Origin: a virus
Strand: one strand, 5' to 3'
Virus record (IMG/VR): IMGVR_UViG_3300045988_121186
Coordinates: 1 to 64,000 of that record
DNA: 64,000 nucleotides
Both the position numbers and the translations under genes were made by a program. The notes under the pieces are model-generated. The model made no database searches, was not told the DNA's origin, and worked only from the letters and a program-made list of their open reading frames with translations. Positions 47,584 through 56,949 of this stretch are shown in pieces. Numbering within the stretch: position 1 is the first letter of the stretch; every line of letters starts with the position of its first letter.

Positions 47584-48216
47584 TTATGCTTTCTTTATCT
47601 TACAATACAAATCCCACAAAAACTCAGCAGAAAAACCACCCCATGCATTATTCTGCCAAATATCTACTTTGTTAATAAACCAAGACCATGTAGGACCATC
47701 ATATGAAGAATCAGATGATGATCCCAATCCGATTTTCTCCATTTCATTCGCCACATCAGAATAAGGATCTAAATCGACTCCCCTAATCATGTTAATAATA
47801 TCATCCTTGTCTAACGTAAATTGAAACCGCTCCTCGTTAGTAGGCGGATCTTGATTCAATTTACCAGTCGCAAGCCATTCTCCATCATGATACAATTCGG
47901 CAAGTTTCTTTACCTTATTTTTAAGAAAAGAATACTCTTGTATGACTTCCATAAAGTCAGCTTCGTTAGCTTTACCCTCTATGAAGATAACGGTTTTGCT
48001 TCCAGGTCTATGATCGTCTAAGCTTGCCGGGATTCCCAATATCGTCCATCCTTTAAACTCAGCTATCTTAAAACGCATGACATCAAACACCTTATAGAAA
48101 TCATCACAATCTACAGATTCTATTACCTTAACATCCTCTTCCGTAAATTTACCTCGTATTGGAATAACGTGATGACCAGGGCAGCCATTGGTTCCGAAAT
48201 ATGCGATTCTAACCAT
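47584..48216 (-). CDS. hypothetical protein (210 aa)
   Basis: ORF. Confidence 0.5.
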   Translation of the reverse strand: MVRIAYFGTNGCPGHHVIPIRGKFTEEDVKVIESVDCDDFYKVFDVMRFKIAEFKGWTILGIPASLDDHRPGSKTVIFIEGKANEADFMEVIQEYSFLKNKVKKLAELYHDGEWLATGKLNQDPPTNEERFQFTLDKDDIINMIRGVDLDPYSDVANEMEKIGLGSSSDSSYDGPTWSWFINKVDIWQNNAWGGFSAEFLWDLYCKIKKA

Positions 48217-48217
48217 A

Positions 48218-48448
48218 TTACCTATAATATTTCAGTTGTTCTGAAATCCTATATTTACTTATATCATCACACAAGTTACACCCTCCTGCACATCCACAAA
48301 CCGAACAATACAGGTCTCTTTCTGGTTTGGATTTGGATTGAAAATCTCTTACGGCTTTAATCCAGGCAGGAGAAACAATCTTACCAGAAAAAGCAGGTAC
48401 GTTTAAAAGTAGTGTTTTCATTATTTTGGCAAAATATTCATATAACAC
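48218..48448 (-). CDS. Cys-rich small protein (76 aa)
   Basis: CSVCGCAGGCNLC. Confidence 0.4.
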   Translation of the reverse strand: MLYEYFAKIMKTLLLNVPAFSGKIVSPAWIKAVRDFQSKSKPERDLYCSVCGCAGGCNLCDDISKYRISEQLKYYR

Positions 48449-48636
48449 GGCACATCCACCACATCTCTTCTACGGATGCGCTTATCAAAATAGGAAACCA
48501 TATAAGTATTTTTACCTTCGTGATCAGGTCTGGGATCGAAACATTCAAAAACGAATCTTGTTACACCTTCCAAATGACCAAGCATGAAAACAAATTCGCC
48601 ACCATATCTTTTATTAGCCAATTCTTCTACAGTCAT
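48421..48636 (-). CDS. hypothetical protein (71 aa) with a strong Shine-Dalgarno (taggagggga)
   Basis: ORF with Shine-Dalgarno. Confidence 0.5.
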   Translation of the reverse strand: MTVEELANKRYGGEFVFMLGHLEGVTRFVFECFDPRPDHEGKNTYMVSYFDKRIRRRDVVDVPCYMNILPK

Positions 48637-48860
48637 AACCTATCCCCTCCTAATCCTGAATTGATGCTAACGTACTTAACACGGACATCATTTCCACGTC
48701 CAAGCTGTCCCCAGCCGGGCGATGGCGTTCCCTTTGCCGGAGCAGCGACAGCCCTAAGCCGAGGCCAGTCCTGCTTTTGTCTTATGGCCCCCGCCTCTTT
48801 GTAATATTGGTTACACAGCTCTTGATCTTCGTACCCAATGTAATCTTCTTTATTTTCCAT
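48633..48860 (-). CDS. questionable ORF (75 aa): protein-like N-terminus but the C-terminal half is encoded by the GC-rich RNA-like segment
   Basis: PRLRAVAAPAKGTPSPGWGQLGRG looks like translation of structured RNA. Confidence 0.2.
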   Translation of the reverse strand: MENKEDYIGYEDQELCNQYYKEAGAIRQKQDWPRLRAVAAPAKGTPSPGWGQLGRGNDVRVKYVSINSGLGGDRL

Positions 48861-48900
48861 AGTTGGAAATTTTATAGTAAAACATAATAATTACTACTCC
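48660..48900 (-). ncRNA. candidate omega-RNA region of TnpB no.2 (GC-rich structured segment 48665-48790 just downstream of the tnpB stop)
   Basis: GC-rich island with stems (gctgtc/gacagc, gaggc/gcctc) in AT-rich DNA at the position expected for a TnpB right end. Confidence 0.3.
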
Positions 48901-50036
48901 ATTATAGACGCTTCATTGAGATTCGTAACCTCATCCCTCTGCATCCGATTATAGAGGATATCAACTCCTACCCTCTGTATGTTTATTGCGGCATTCAGAT
49001 CTCTATCTATTTCAATGCTGCAATTTTCACACTTGAAAACCCTATCTGATAAAGTTAAGTCTTCTTTTTTCCATCCGCATTTGGAACACGTCTTTGATGA
49101 TGGATAAAACCTGTCTATTACGACAAGTTCTTTTCCATACCAATTACATTTGTATTCCAACATGCTTCTAAACATTGAGAAACTTGTATCGGATATAGCT
49201 TTAGCTAATTTGTGATTCGATAACATTCCAGAAACATTTAAATCTTCTATACAAATAACATCATAATTATTTACAAGCGAAGTGGTAACATTATGAAGAA
49301 AGTTGTTTCTCCTATTAGCAATCTTGTTATACAATCTTGCTATTTTTATTTTATTCTTTCTATGTCTGTTACTTCCTTTATTCTTTCTACTTAAATGTCT
49401 TTGTATTTTAGCTATTTCAGATTGTTTCTCTCTGAAAAACTTGATATTATCAATCACAACTCCATCAGACAATGTAGCAAAAGATTTCAATCCTAAATCT
49501 ATTCCGACTGATTTACCAGTCTTTCCCTTATTCGGTATAACAACATCAACAAGAATAGAAACGAAATATTGACCACAGCAATTCATTGATATCGTACATG
49601 ACAACATCTTTGAATTATCAGGTATATTCCTATCAATAGATATCTTAACCCATCCTATTTTCTCTAATCTTATCTTATTGTCTTTTAATGAGAATTTTTG
49701 ATTAGGTAATCTATAAGATTGGTTTCCAGATTTCTTTTTAAAAGAAGGTCTGCCTATTTTCTTCTTTCTTGTTTTAGAGAAAAACTGATTGGTAATTTCT
49801 TGAAAATCCCTTATCTTTTGTTGTATAGCAGCGGCAGAGATTTCATTCAACCACGGCTTGTCGATTATTAAATCAGATTTAATAATGATTTTAGGTTTAG
49901 GATTACTATCCTTATCATAAGAATTGAAAGATTCGACATTAGCATTCCAAATTACACGGATACATCCAAAAGTCTTAGAAAGCAACACCTTCTGAGACTT
50001 ATTAGGATATATTCTGTATTTGAAAGCTTTATGCAT
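48894..50036 (-). CDS. tnpB: TnpB (IS605 OrfB family), 380 aa; a distinct lineage from TnpB no.1
   Basis: N-terminus FKYRIYPNKSQ...VIWNANV; RuvC-I GIDLGLK; RuvC-II CIEDLNV; zinc finger CSKCG...CENC; RuvC-III DRDLNAAINI. Confidence 0.85.
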   Translation of the reverse strand: MHKAFKYRIYPNKSQKVLLSKTFGCIRVIWNANVESFNSYDKDSNPKPKIIIKSDLIIDKPWLNEISAAAIQQKIRDFQEITNQFFSKTRKKKIGRPSFKKKSGNQSYRLPNQKFSLKDNKIRLEKIGWVKISIDRNIPDNSKMLSCTISMNCCGQYFVSILVDVVIPNKGKTGKSVGIDLGLKSFATLSDGVVIDNIKFFREKQSEIAKIQRHLSRKNKGSNRHRKNKIKIARLYNKIANRRNNFLHNVTTSLVNNYDVICIEDLNVSGMLSNHKLAKAISDTSFSMFRSMLEYKCNWYGKELVVIDRFYPSSKTCSKCGWKKEDLTLSDRVFKCENCSIEIDRDLNAAINIQRVGVDILYNRMQRDEVTNLNEASIME

Positions 50037-50124
50037 CGTTTAATTATTTAAAGGCAAATATAGTTACAATTCTATGATTATACACGACATTCATGAGTTG
50101 ATTAGATTTAAAATAAAACAATAT

Positions 50125-50163
50125 AAATTAAAATAAAAACCCGATACGTTAAAGTATATCGGG
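50125..50163 (-). terminator. rho-independent terminator on the minus strand (cccgata ... tatcggg, T-tract on minus)
   Basis: Stem plus A5 on plus / T-run on minus, downstream of the small minus-strand ORF. Confidence 0.5.
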
Positions 50164-50187
50164 TTTGGTATCAAGCATAAAACATAG

Positions 50188-50364
50188 TCAGATCTTAGGC
50201 AAAGACTCAAGCCATTTTTTAATGTCTTTATATTGAGGATCTTTATCTATTTTGTCTTTCAGATCGTGCAATGCCGTATCTATAACCGTATTTGGCACAC
50301 CTATTAGTTCTCCTATTATATGCAAAAGAGTCTTATTCGACTTAGATTCATGCGCTGTATTCAT
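50188..50364 (-). CDS. small hypothetical protein (58 aa, MNTAHESKSNKTLLHIIGELIG...)
   Basis: ORF just below the track size cut-off, flanked by terminators. Confidence 0.35.
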   Translation of the reverse strand: MNTAHESKSNKTLLHIIGELIGVPNTVIDTALHDLKDKIDKDPQYKDIKKWLESLPKI

Positions 50365-50377
50365 GTCCGAAAAAAAT

Positions 50378-50424
50378 GCTATAAAAACAAACCGGCCACG
50401 GGTATTCTATTGCCCGCCGACCGG
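50378..50424 (-). terminator. GC-rich hairpin (accggccacggg ... cccgccgaccggt) followed on the minus strand by TTTGTTTTTAT
   Basis: Long imperfect stem plus T-rich tail on minus. Confidence 0.5.
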
Positions 50425-50530
50425 TATCATATTTTTTATTCTTTTTATTCCCTTTCGGGAAAAACGGGAATGCGGGAATCATATTTTTTACTATGGCTCC
50501 CGCACCGCCGGAAGGACTTGGGTCTGGATC

Positions 50531-50824
50531 TCAGGTTAGATCCTTCCAGCTTATTTTTTCGCCGAGGTAATCTTGCACGGCAAGCCATCTTATAAAGGCT
50601 ACTCCTTCGGGGGCATCCGGATCATTCAAATACATTAACGTAGCTTTCACCAGCTCGTTCTCACATTTGAAGATCTTCGGGAAGCCATCCGAATAGTACA
50701 TTGCAAAGACATATTGGACATCGCCCCATGTCGCTTTATCCGGCTTCTTCGCTCCGCACTTTTCAAAAATATCTTTTATCTCCGACTGCTTCCAGATCCT
50801 TTTAGATCCATCGACGTTAACCAT
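50531..50824 (-). CDS. hypothetical protein (97 aa)
   Basis: ORF. Confidence 0.5.
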   Translation of the reverse strand: MVNVDGSKRIWKQSEIKDIFEKCGAKKPDKATWGDVQYVFAMYYSDGFPKIFKCENELVKATLMYLNDPDAPEGVAFIRWLAVQDYLGEKISWKDLT

Positions 50825-50917
50825 TTTCTTAACCGCTTCGTCAGCAAGTTCATTAGAGAAATGATAGCCGTAAGTGTCTACATATTTCTGATAAGCTGGA
50901 TCCTCTGCGTCTGCTCC

Positions 50918-51289
50918 TCAATAAGAACGACCACGACCTCTTCCCCTACCTCTACGCATCTGGGGACCATCACCGTAGTATCTGTCGTCTCCATAATAAT
51001 CGGTCGGGTAAGATTCGTAACCCATCCTCCGGTATTCCCGGTCCTCCATTTCATGACGGCGTTCGCGTTCTTCGAGTCTTCTTTCTCTTTCTTCCAACTC
51101 GTTTTCGCGTTCTTCCATCTCTTTCATTTTTTCATGCATACCATAATGGTCATAAGGAGGAAGGAATCCATGTCCGTAACCCATGTACGTCCCATCAGAA
51201 CGACGACTACGACCTCTGCCTCGTCTATCTTCTATCTCGTCATATCCAGGATATTCTCTTTGCCCTGAATTTAAATCATATACTATCAT
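50918..51289 (-). CDS. low-complexity Arg/Glu/Tyr/Gly-rich protein (RGRGRGRG and ERERR repeats)
   Basis: Direct reading of the translation. Confidence 0.5.
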   Translation of the reverse strand: MIVYDLNSGQREYPGYDEIEDRRGRGRSRRSDGTYMGYGHGFLPPYDHYGMHEKMKEMEERENELEERERRLEERERRHEMEDREYRRMGYESYPTDYYGDDRYYGDGPQMRRGRGRGRGRSY

Positions 51290-51296
51290 ATTATAC

Positions 51297-51785
51297 TTAT
51301 TTCAAACGTTCTACAATCAACTTCTTTAAATCTTCAAATGAATCAGTAAGATCATTAACCTTATTTTCTATACCAGCTATTTTACGATCTTGCTCTCTTG
51401 TCTGTTTAAATGCTGGGTTAACTTCTTCCAATATGGATTCACAAGCTTCGATCTTTGCACGATGAGTATCTACGCTGTCTATTATTTCCTGACTGGTGTT
51501 TTTTATAGCATTCAATTCATTCATAATAGGATCTATGCTTGTAGACAATGTTATTCCCATTGCTTTAGCCACATTCTGGGATTCGGGAACTGTATAGGTC
51601 TTGGTTTCTCCTGTAAGCTCCACTGTAAGATCCACCACGCGCGTCTGCATGGTCTGGTATTGTCCAGGCTGCGGAGGAAGGTATCTTGGTTCCGATACGG
51701 CTACCACTCTTCCCAATTCGTATTTAGGTACTGTATTAGTATCAAGGGTATGTACCTGAAACCCTTTCTTTAAATCTGAAAACAT
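51297..51785 (-). CDS. hypothetical structural-arm protein with a C-terminal coiled coil (162 aa)
   Basis: ORF. Confidence 0.5.
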   Translation of the reverse strand: MFSDLKKGFQVHTLDTNTVPKYELGRVVAVSEPRYLPPQPGQYQTMQTRVVDLTVELTGETKTYTVPESQNVAKAMGITLSTSIDPIMNELNAIKNTSQEIIDSVDTHRAKIEACESILEEVNPAFKQTREQDRKIAGIENKVNDLTDSFEDLKKLIVERLK

Positions 51786-51856
51786 GATCGAAATATTTAT
51801 CTGTTAGAAAAATAGGGTGATAGTCCCTATGACCAGGTTTATCACCCTACTAAAAA

Positions 51857-52297
51857 TCATTTGCTTACCTTAGTTTCAGACGCCTGGGCTGCCGTAGTTG
51901 GAACGCAACAATCCATTAGTCGTAAAACACCACGCACTTTATTGAAGTACAGAAGGCGTTCTGTGTTATTAACCATAGCGGCACCTGTAACAGCCACATT
52001 AATAGGATTAACAACATTCACCCCAGTAACAGGACAGCAAGTATCAGCACCTACTGTTGAAACTGTACTGTTTGCCGGGACCGCAATTTGTACCGGTAGA
52101 GTCCTTCCGGCTGTGGGGACTACTTGCCTTATCTTAAGAAGGATAAGACCCTCACACGGAAGGGCGTGCCAAACCCGTGGGTTAATACCGAAGATTGTAT
52201 TTGTCGTACTGACAATAACATTCTTCGTAACCATCTCATACAACGATCCTATTTTAGAAACACAAGCCATATCAGCCTCCTTCCTTAATAAAATCAA
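51857..52297 (-). CDS. hypothetical Val/Thr/Cys-rich protein (up to 146 aa)
   Basis: ORF preferred over the overlapping plus-strand ORF because of strand context. Confidence 0.45.
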   Translation of the reverse strand: MILLRKEADMACVSKIGSLYEMVTKNVIVSTTNTIFGINPRVWHALPCEGLILLKIRQVVPTAGRTLPVQIAVPANSTVSTVGADTCCPVTGVNVVNPINVAVTGAAMVNNTERLLYFNKVRGVLRLMDCCVPTTAAQASETKVSK

Positions 52298-53328
52298 ACA
52301 GCAGCGTTGTTATTGCAACATCCGTTATTACATCCACATCCGTTATTGCATCCACAACCGCCATTGAAACCAAAGCCATTATATCCAAAAGGATAACCTC
52401 CATAGCCATTTCCTGAGAAAGGATTGCATGTTATGTAGGCAGGAACTGGACAAGGTTTCAACTGATTTACAAGATTTTGAGTTTGTTGTTGAGTTAATGC
52501 AGATGCCTGATAAGCTGCTCTTTCATCACGCAAAGCATCAATAGTATGCTGCATTTCACGCATTTCAAGCTGACAGAACTTATCATTTATAATCTGTGTT
52601 TGAGCATCAATCTTTGATGAAAGTACATTGAACTGACTTGTAGCTTGTTCACGATTATTGGACAGGCCTTGATTAATAGTGTTTTGTAGCGTGTTAGTCT
52701 GATTCAATGTCTCAAGACGATTCTCATAACCTTGATTGTTGATCATCTGCTGTGTAGCGCACGTGCTTTGATTAATCAACGAACTCAAATTACAGCAGCA
52801 AGAGCTGATTTGATTTCCGATTTCACAACCTTGTTGTTGAACTGCATTAATAACAGCCTGAGAAGTCATACCTACCTGACCGGCTACTTTATCAATAGCA
52901 CCTTGTACGTTGCAGATAGCGTTCTGAAGTTGAGTAGTAGAACAGTTCAATGCAGAAGCGATCTGATCTATAGCACTGCGATTACCCTGAATTGCCTGCA
53001 TCAGAAGCTCACGACCATAATCGTTATTCAACTGAGCGGGTAAACCATTGGCGCAACAATCACCACCATTTCCAAAACCGTTACCGAAGCCGCGTCCACC
53101 CCACAGCCAGAACAAGACAATTATCCAGAGCCACCAACCGTTAGCCCCACCGAAACCGTCCTGGTTATTACGACCGTTCATTAAAGCCGCTACCAGATTC
53201 GGATCCATTTTATTACCACCTATCAAATTAGCAAACATGCCGGGAATCATTGAAAGAAGACCGTTAGCGGCTGCACCACCACCGTTAGCCCCAGCTCCAT
53301 CTAAAAGGACGATTTTATCACCACCCAT
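52294..53328 (-). CDS. Gly/Asn/Gln/Cys-rich low-complexity protein with one Trp-rich TM segment and a C-terminal GCGCNNGC repeat
   Basis: WWLWIIVLFWLWGG TM; Q/N-rich middle; C-terminal GYGGYPFGYNGFGFNGGCGCNNGCGCNNGCC. Upstream palindromic motif at 53338-53356. Confidence 0.55.
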   Translation of the reverse strand: MGGDKIVLLDGAGANGGGAAANGLLSMIPGMFANLIGGNKMDPNLVAALMNGRNNQDGFGGANGWWLWIIVLFWLWGGRGFGNGFGNGGDCCANGLPAQLNNDYGRELLMQAIQGNRSAIDQIASALNCSTTQLQNAICNVQGAIDKVAGQVGMTSQAVINAVQQQGCEIGNQISSCCCNLSSLINQSTCATQQMINNQGYENRLETLNQTNTLQNTINQGLSNNREQATSQFNVLSSKIDAQTQIINDKFCQLEMREMQHTIDALRDERAAYQASALTQQQTQNLVNQLKPCPVPAYITCNPFSGNGYGGYPFGYNGFGFNGGCGCNNGCGCNNGCCNNNAAV

Positions 53329-53337
53329 AATTTATAG

Positions 53338-53356
53338 TATTTAATTGTTAAACATA
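53338..53356 (-). promoter_or_regulatory. TGTTTAACAATTAAATA motif (on the minus strand) about 12 nt upstream of the ATG at 53328
   Basis: Same motif and spacing as at 588-605. Confidence 0.45.
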
Positions 53357-53641
53357 CGTGCATGAAGCACGTAACAAAGATCATGATTGTAGGGTGGAAT
53401 TATTTCCTATAGAAGAGAAATATTTTCAGCAAAAACAGAAGAATAATACACAATGATCAATTTTCCCCATTCAAGGGGAAAACCTGATAATCAGAAACTT
53501 ACGCTTTTCCCATTTTGGGTAAAGCGCTGTAAATCAAACCAGGGCCCGCATCACCGCGAGCCCTGATCTCTAAACTAATACCATGAAAAAACTTAAATCT
53601 AAAAACTAAAGAATACACAAATGTATGAAAATGTACGCTTT

Positions 53642-53839
53642 TCACAAAGAATCTGTATCCTGTTCTTTTGTGTGATTCAAGACATGGGATATAGTTCTGA
53701 TACTTAATCCGGTTTGATTTCGTATCAGATTATAAATATAGGATTTTGAAACTACAGTTCTTAATTGACCTAAATCATTCATAATGTCTTTATACATAAG
53801 ATGAATGCTGTTGTTACGTTTGATGGTACTGATTCTCAT
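53642..53839 (-). CDS. small hypothetical protein (65 aa)
   Basis: ORF followed by the GC hairpin 53531-53560. Confidence 0.35.
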   Translation of the reverse strand: MRISTIKRNNSIHLMYKDIMNDLGQLRTVVSKSYIYNLIRNQTGLSIRTISHVLNHTKEQDTDSL

Positions 53840-54061
53840 TTCCTACCGTTATTAGTTACGTTCCGTTCTTACTTTTTCCCTTTTTCCATAATCCCTTCCT
53901 GAAACTAATATTGCAAACTTAATGAAAATAATCCAAAAACAACGAAAGTCTGACTTTTCTTGTATGTTGCTGATATACGTGCATATATAAGAAAAGTGAG
54001 ACTTTCACAAGCCTCACTTCCCAAATTATAACTATGAAAAAACTATATATGTGTACAAAAA

Positions 54062-56341
54062 TTATTTGCATTCTAATTTGTTAAGATCATCCAATTCAGA
54101 CTTGCTTACGGTCATGTCTTGCGTCAGGCCGGATCTGTTTTGGTATGGAGCGTAATCGGTTTCTACTGTCTTAGCCTTCTGAGTAGAATCGTATTTCACC
54201 TCCGATTCGGTCCCTGTCAGATTTTGGTAGATAGAGCCGGAACTACTTTCGCTTACTTTAGACCAGATCTTGTTACCTACTCTTATAAAATTATCATAAA
54301 TACCTTCGGCTGTTATAACACCATCTTGCTCTACGATATTAGGACCCGATTTTTCTTTTAACAAATACGGGTGCCTGGTGTAAAAATAGTGTTCAAAATC
54401 ATTCCCGGCATACGAAGAGTCATACCTCTCTAAATAAAACAATTTTGATAAAGAAGGGTCGGTGCTGGTCATGCTATAATCAAACAACATCAATCTGCCT
54501 TTTCCAGATAAAGATAATTCTATTGATTTCAAAATATCAGGATCATCAGAAATAAGACCCAAAGATGGACCAGGTTTGAAGTCAAGATACTTATAGGCAT
54601 TATCATATAATTTTGTTTTATGGAGTTTGTTGTCAAGGTAAGATTGGTATAAATCGAATAAGGATAATGGGTTTTCGCTATCTTGTTTTTTGTTCATGTA
54701 CCGACTAAATTCCCGATCCACATCCGCGTAAGAAACATCAAGTACCGCCGGATGCCCAAACGCCATCCTGGTCATTACCATGTCCTCCGTGTTCTGAGAA
54801 TCCATGAACGATCTGACGTATTTTTTAATGGAATCCATGAGCGTATTATCATCTACGTTCCGTACTTTCTCTTTATCCAAAACGCCGTTCTTAAAACAAG
54901 ATTCAGGATATATTTTAGCAGGAAAGTGAGTTAGGTCGTGCTTGGCTAACACTGTTGATATTTGATACATCTCGTTAAGATCATCTTTGCTGATCCTTTG
55001 ATATAGATTATCTCCTACCTTAAGCAATGAATGTTTCTCAAATGCCTCTACTGGGTCTATATCGGATTCAGAATAAACGATATTCAAATTATCCATATAC
55101 TCCGGTAATAATCCAAAATAATAATCTGTGCTATCACCAAGAACATCGTCTATAGAAGATGCCAGCGTAGGAGCATAATTCACATCATTGTGCCTGGCCA
55201 CATAAATATCAAGATCCAGCATCAAATTATCTATCTTATTCAAAGATTGTTCTGTGCCATCATAAGTTTCCGATGTCCCTATTATATCTATACCAAACCA
55301 CGTACAAGCCTCTTCTATATCCCATATCATGCTTCTTAAATCAGATTCGGTGTCAGCGTTAGCCCTATTTAAATAAGCTGATATACGAGCTCTTAGAAAT
55401 TCTATTTTACCGGGATTATAATAAGACAGGTCTTGTAGCTTAGATAAAGATCTTTTCTTCCCTTCTACCACATCATCACCTTCTATGTTTATTACCGGTA
55501 TCTTTTCCATAGATGAAAACTCATCAAACATAGATTCAGCAAATTTTTTATCAGAAACAAATTTCTCGACCAGCTCAGGATACAGGTTCCTCAACGATTC
55601 AAAAGCAGATGAAAATTCAGAAAAGTTTTTTATGCCGCCTACTGTTTTGCACATAGCCCAATAAAGCTCAGAAGGATTATATGGTACTTTTTTACCAAAT
55701 TGGTTAAACACTCCCTCCTTGTAAACAATAGGACCATACTGATAGTCAATAGACATAAAATAATTATCTTTTTCCCTATCATGTTCGTTATTGGAATAAT
55801 CCAATAACTTCCTCATGGATGTCGAAACTTCATTAAGAACAGAAGGGTCAGATAAGATTCTACTTATCTCTGTTTCATTATACAAGCCTGATCTTCTTAA
55901 ATTCTGCTCATTCAGTATCAAACTACCATCTACATAAAAATAATGAAGAATGATGTTGGATAATGATGGTGCCGTATAAACACCATAGGTAGATAAAAGA
56001 AAATCTCTTACATCCTTAACATCCTGAGCCGTTAGAGGATCGGCAAAATAAGTTTGACGCTTCATATACGACAGTACGTCATCCAAAAGAGGTTCGCCAT
56101 TGGAGTCTGTATTAAACATATCCCCAGGGGCAGGGTTATTCCAATGACCGTAATACGATAAAAAATCAGGAGTGTAAGCCTTCGCCCATACCTGAAGAGC
56201 CCGCTCGCTATCTCCCAATACTTTTAATGCACTTTCATATAGAACGGAAGGCTCCCCGTTAGGAGCCTCAACCCGTTCTATTTTATTTCCCTTCTTTTCT
56301 ATCTGACATTTGACACCCATAGTGATAAATATTTTAGACAA
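54062..56341 (-). CDS. large virion-type protein (759 aa)
   Basis: Long ORF in the structural arm. Confidence 0.65.
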   Translation of the reverse strand: MSKIFITMGVKCQIEKKGNKIERVEAPNGEPSVLYESALKVLGDSERALQVWAKAYTPDFLSYYGHWNNPAPGDMFNTDSNGEPLLDDVLSYMKRQTYFADPLTAQDVKDVRDFLLSTYGVYTAPSLSNIILHYFYVDGSLILNEQNLRRSGLYNETEISRILSDPSVLNEVSTSMRKLLDYSNNEHDREKDNYFMSIDYQYGPIVYKEGVFNQFGKKVPYNPSELYWAMCKTVGGIKNFSEFSSAFESLRNLYPELVEKFVSDKKFAESMFDEFSSMEKIPVINIEGDDVVEGKKRSLSKLQDLSYYNPGKIEFLRARISAYLNRANADTESDLRSMIWDIEEACTWFGIDIIGTSETYDGTEQSLNKIDNLMLDLDIYVARHNDVNYAPTLASSIDDVLGDSTDYYFGLLPEYMDNLNIVYSESDIDPVEAFEKHSLLKVGDNLYQRISKDDLNEMYQISTVLAKHDLTHFPAKIYPESCFKNGVLDKEKVRNVDDNTLMDSIKKYVRSFMDSQNTEDMVMTRMAFGHPAVLDVSYADVDREFSRYMNKKQDSENPLSLFDLYQSYLDNKLHKTKLYDNAYKYLDFKPGPSLGLISDDPDILKSIELSLSGKGRLMLFDYSMTSTDPSLSKLFYLERYDSSYAGNDFEHYFYTRHPYLLKEKSGPNIVEQDGVITAEGIYDNFIRVGNKIWSKVSESSSGSIYQNLTGTESEVKYDSTQKAKTVETDYAPYQNRSGLTQDMTVSKSELDDLNKLECK

Positions 56342-56361
56342 AGATATTATAAAAATAGAAA

Positions 56362-56949
56362 TTATGAAACTTCTATTTCATAATGCGAAGCCTCTGTTTC
56401 AACTATCAATCTTCCCTCTCCTTCGAACTCAACACTGTCATTTCCCGGACCAGTAACAAAAGGGAAATCAGATACGGATGTTACATAATCTCCAGAACCA
56501 CCAGAAAAAGACTGACTTTTACTTTGTTTGTAATTGATAGTCAATTGTGTTTTACCTGGCTGAAGAGTTCCAGATAAATTTTTAGTATAAGTGGTGGTAG
56601 TCGTAATATTCCCATTTTTATAGCAATACATTATAAAGGTAGTAACCGGACTCTTTTTAATATTACTATCTGGACCTTCATGATAAGATTCATTTCCTCC
56701 AAATATGCTATTAATATGACAATAAGGACCAACTCTTTTATTTGAAGTTTTAGCCTTATTCTCTACTCCCTTCAAAGATATAGTAACCTTGCTCTTGTAT
56801 TCAATATCCCTCCAGTTGCAAACTCCTTCACTTACGTTTCCAACAAATCTGTCATCAACATAAACCTCTATATCCCCCTGCTGATTGGTCTTCAACTGGT
56901 AAGAAACAAGACTTGAGGTATCTTCGTATCTCCTTCTCATACTCAACAC
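56362..56949 (-). CDS. hypothetical beta-rich structural protein (195 aa)
   Basis: ORF overlapping the stop of the upstream giant gene by 7 nt. Confidence 0.55.
   Translation of the reverse strand: MLSMRRRYEDTSSLVSYQLKTNQQGDIEVYVDDRFVGNVSEGVCNWRDIEYKSKVTISLKGVENKAKTSNKRVGPYCHINSIFGGNESYHEGPDSNIKKSPVTTFIMYCYKNGNITTTTTYTKNLSGTLQPGKTQLTINYKQSKSQSFSGGSGDYVTSVSDFPFVTGPGNDSVEFEGEGRLIVETEASHYEIEVS

Noticed and set aside
51861-52367. Plus-strand 168-aa ORF
   Set aside because: It overlaps the minus-strand ORF 51857..52297 in a region where all flanking genes are on the minus strand. Its Arg/Thr-rich composition suggests an antisense frame.
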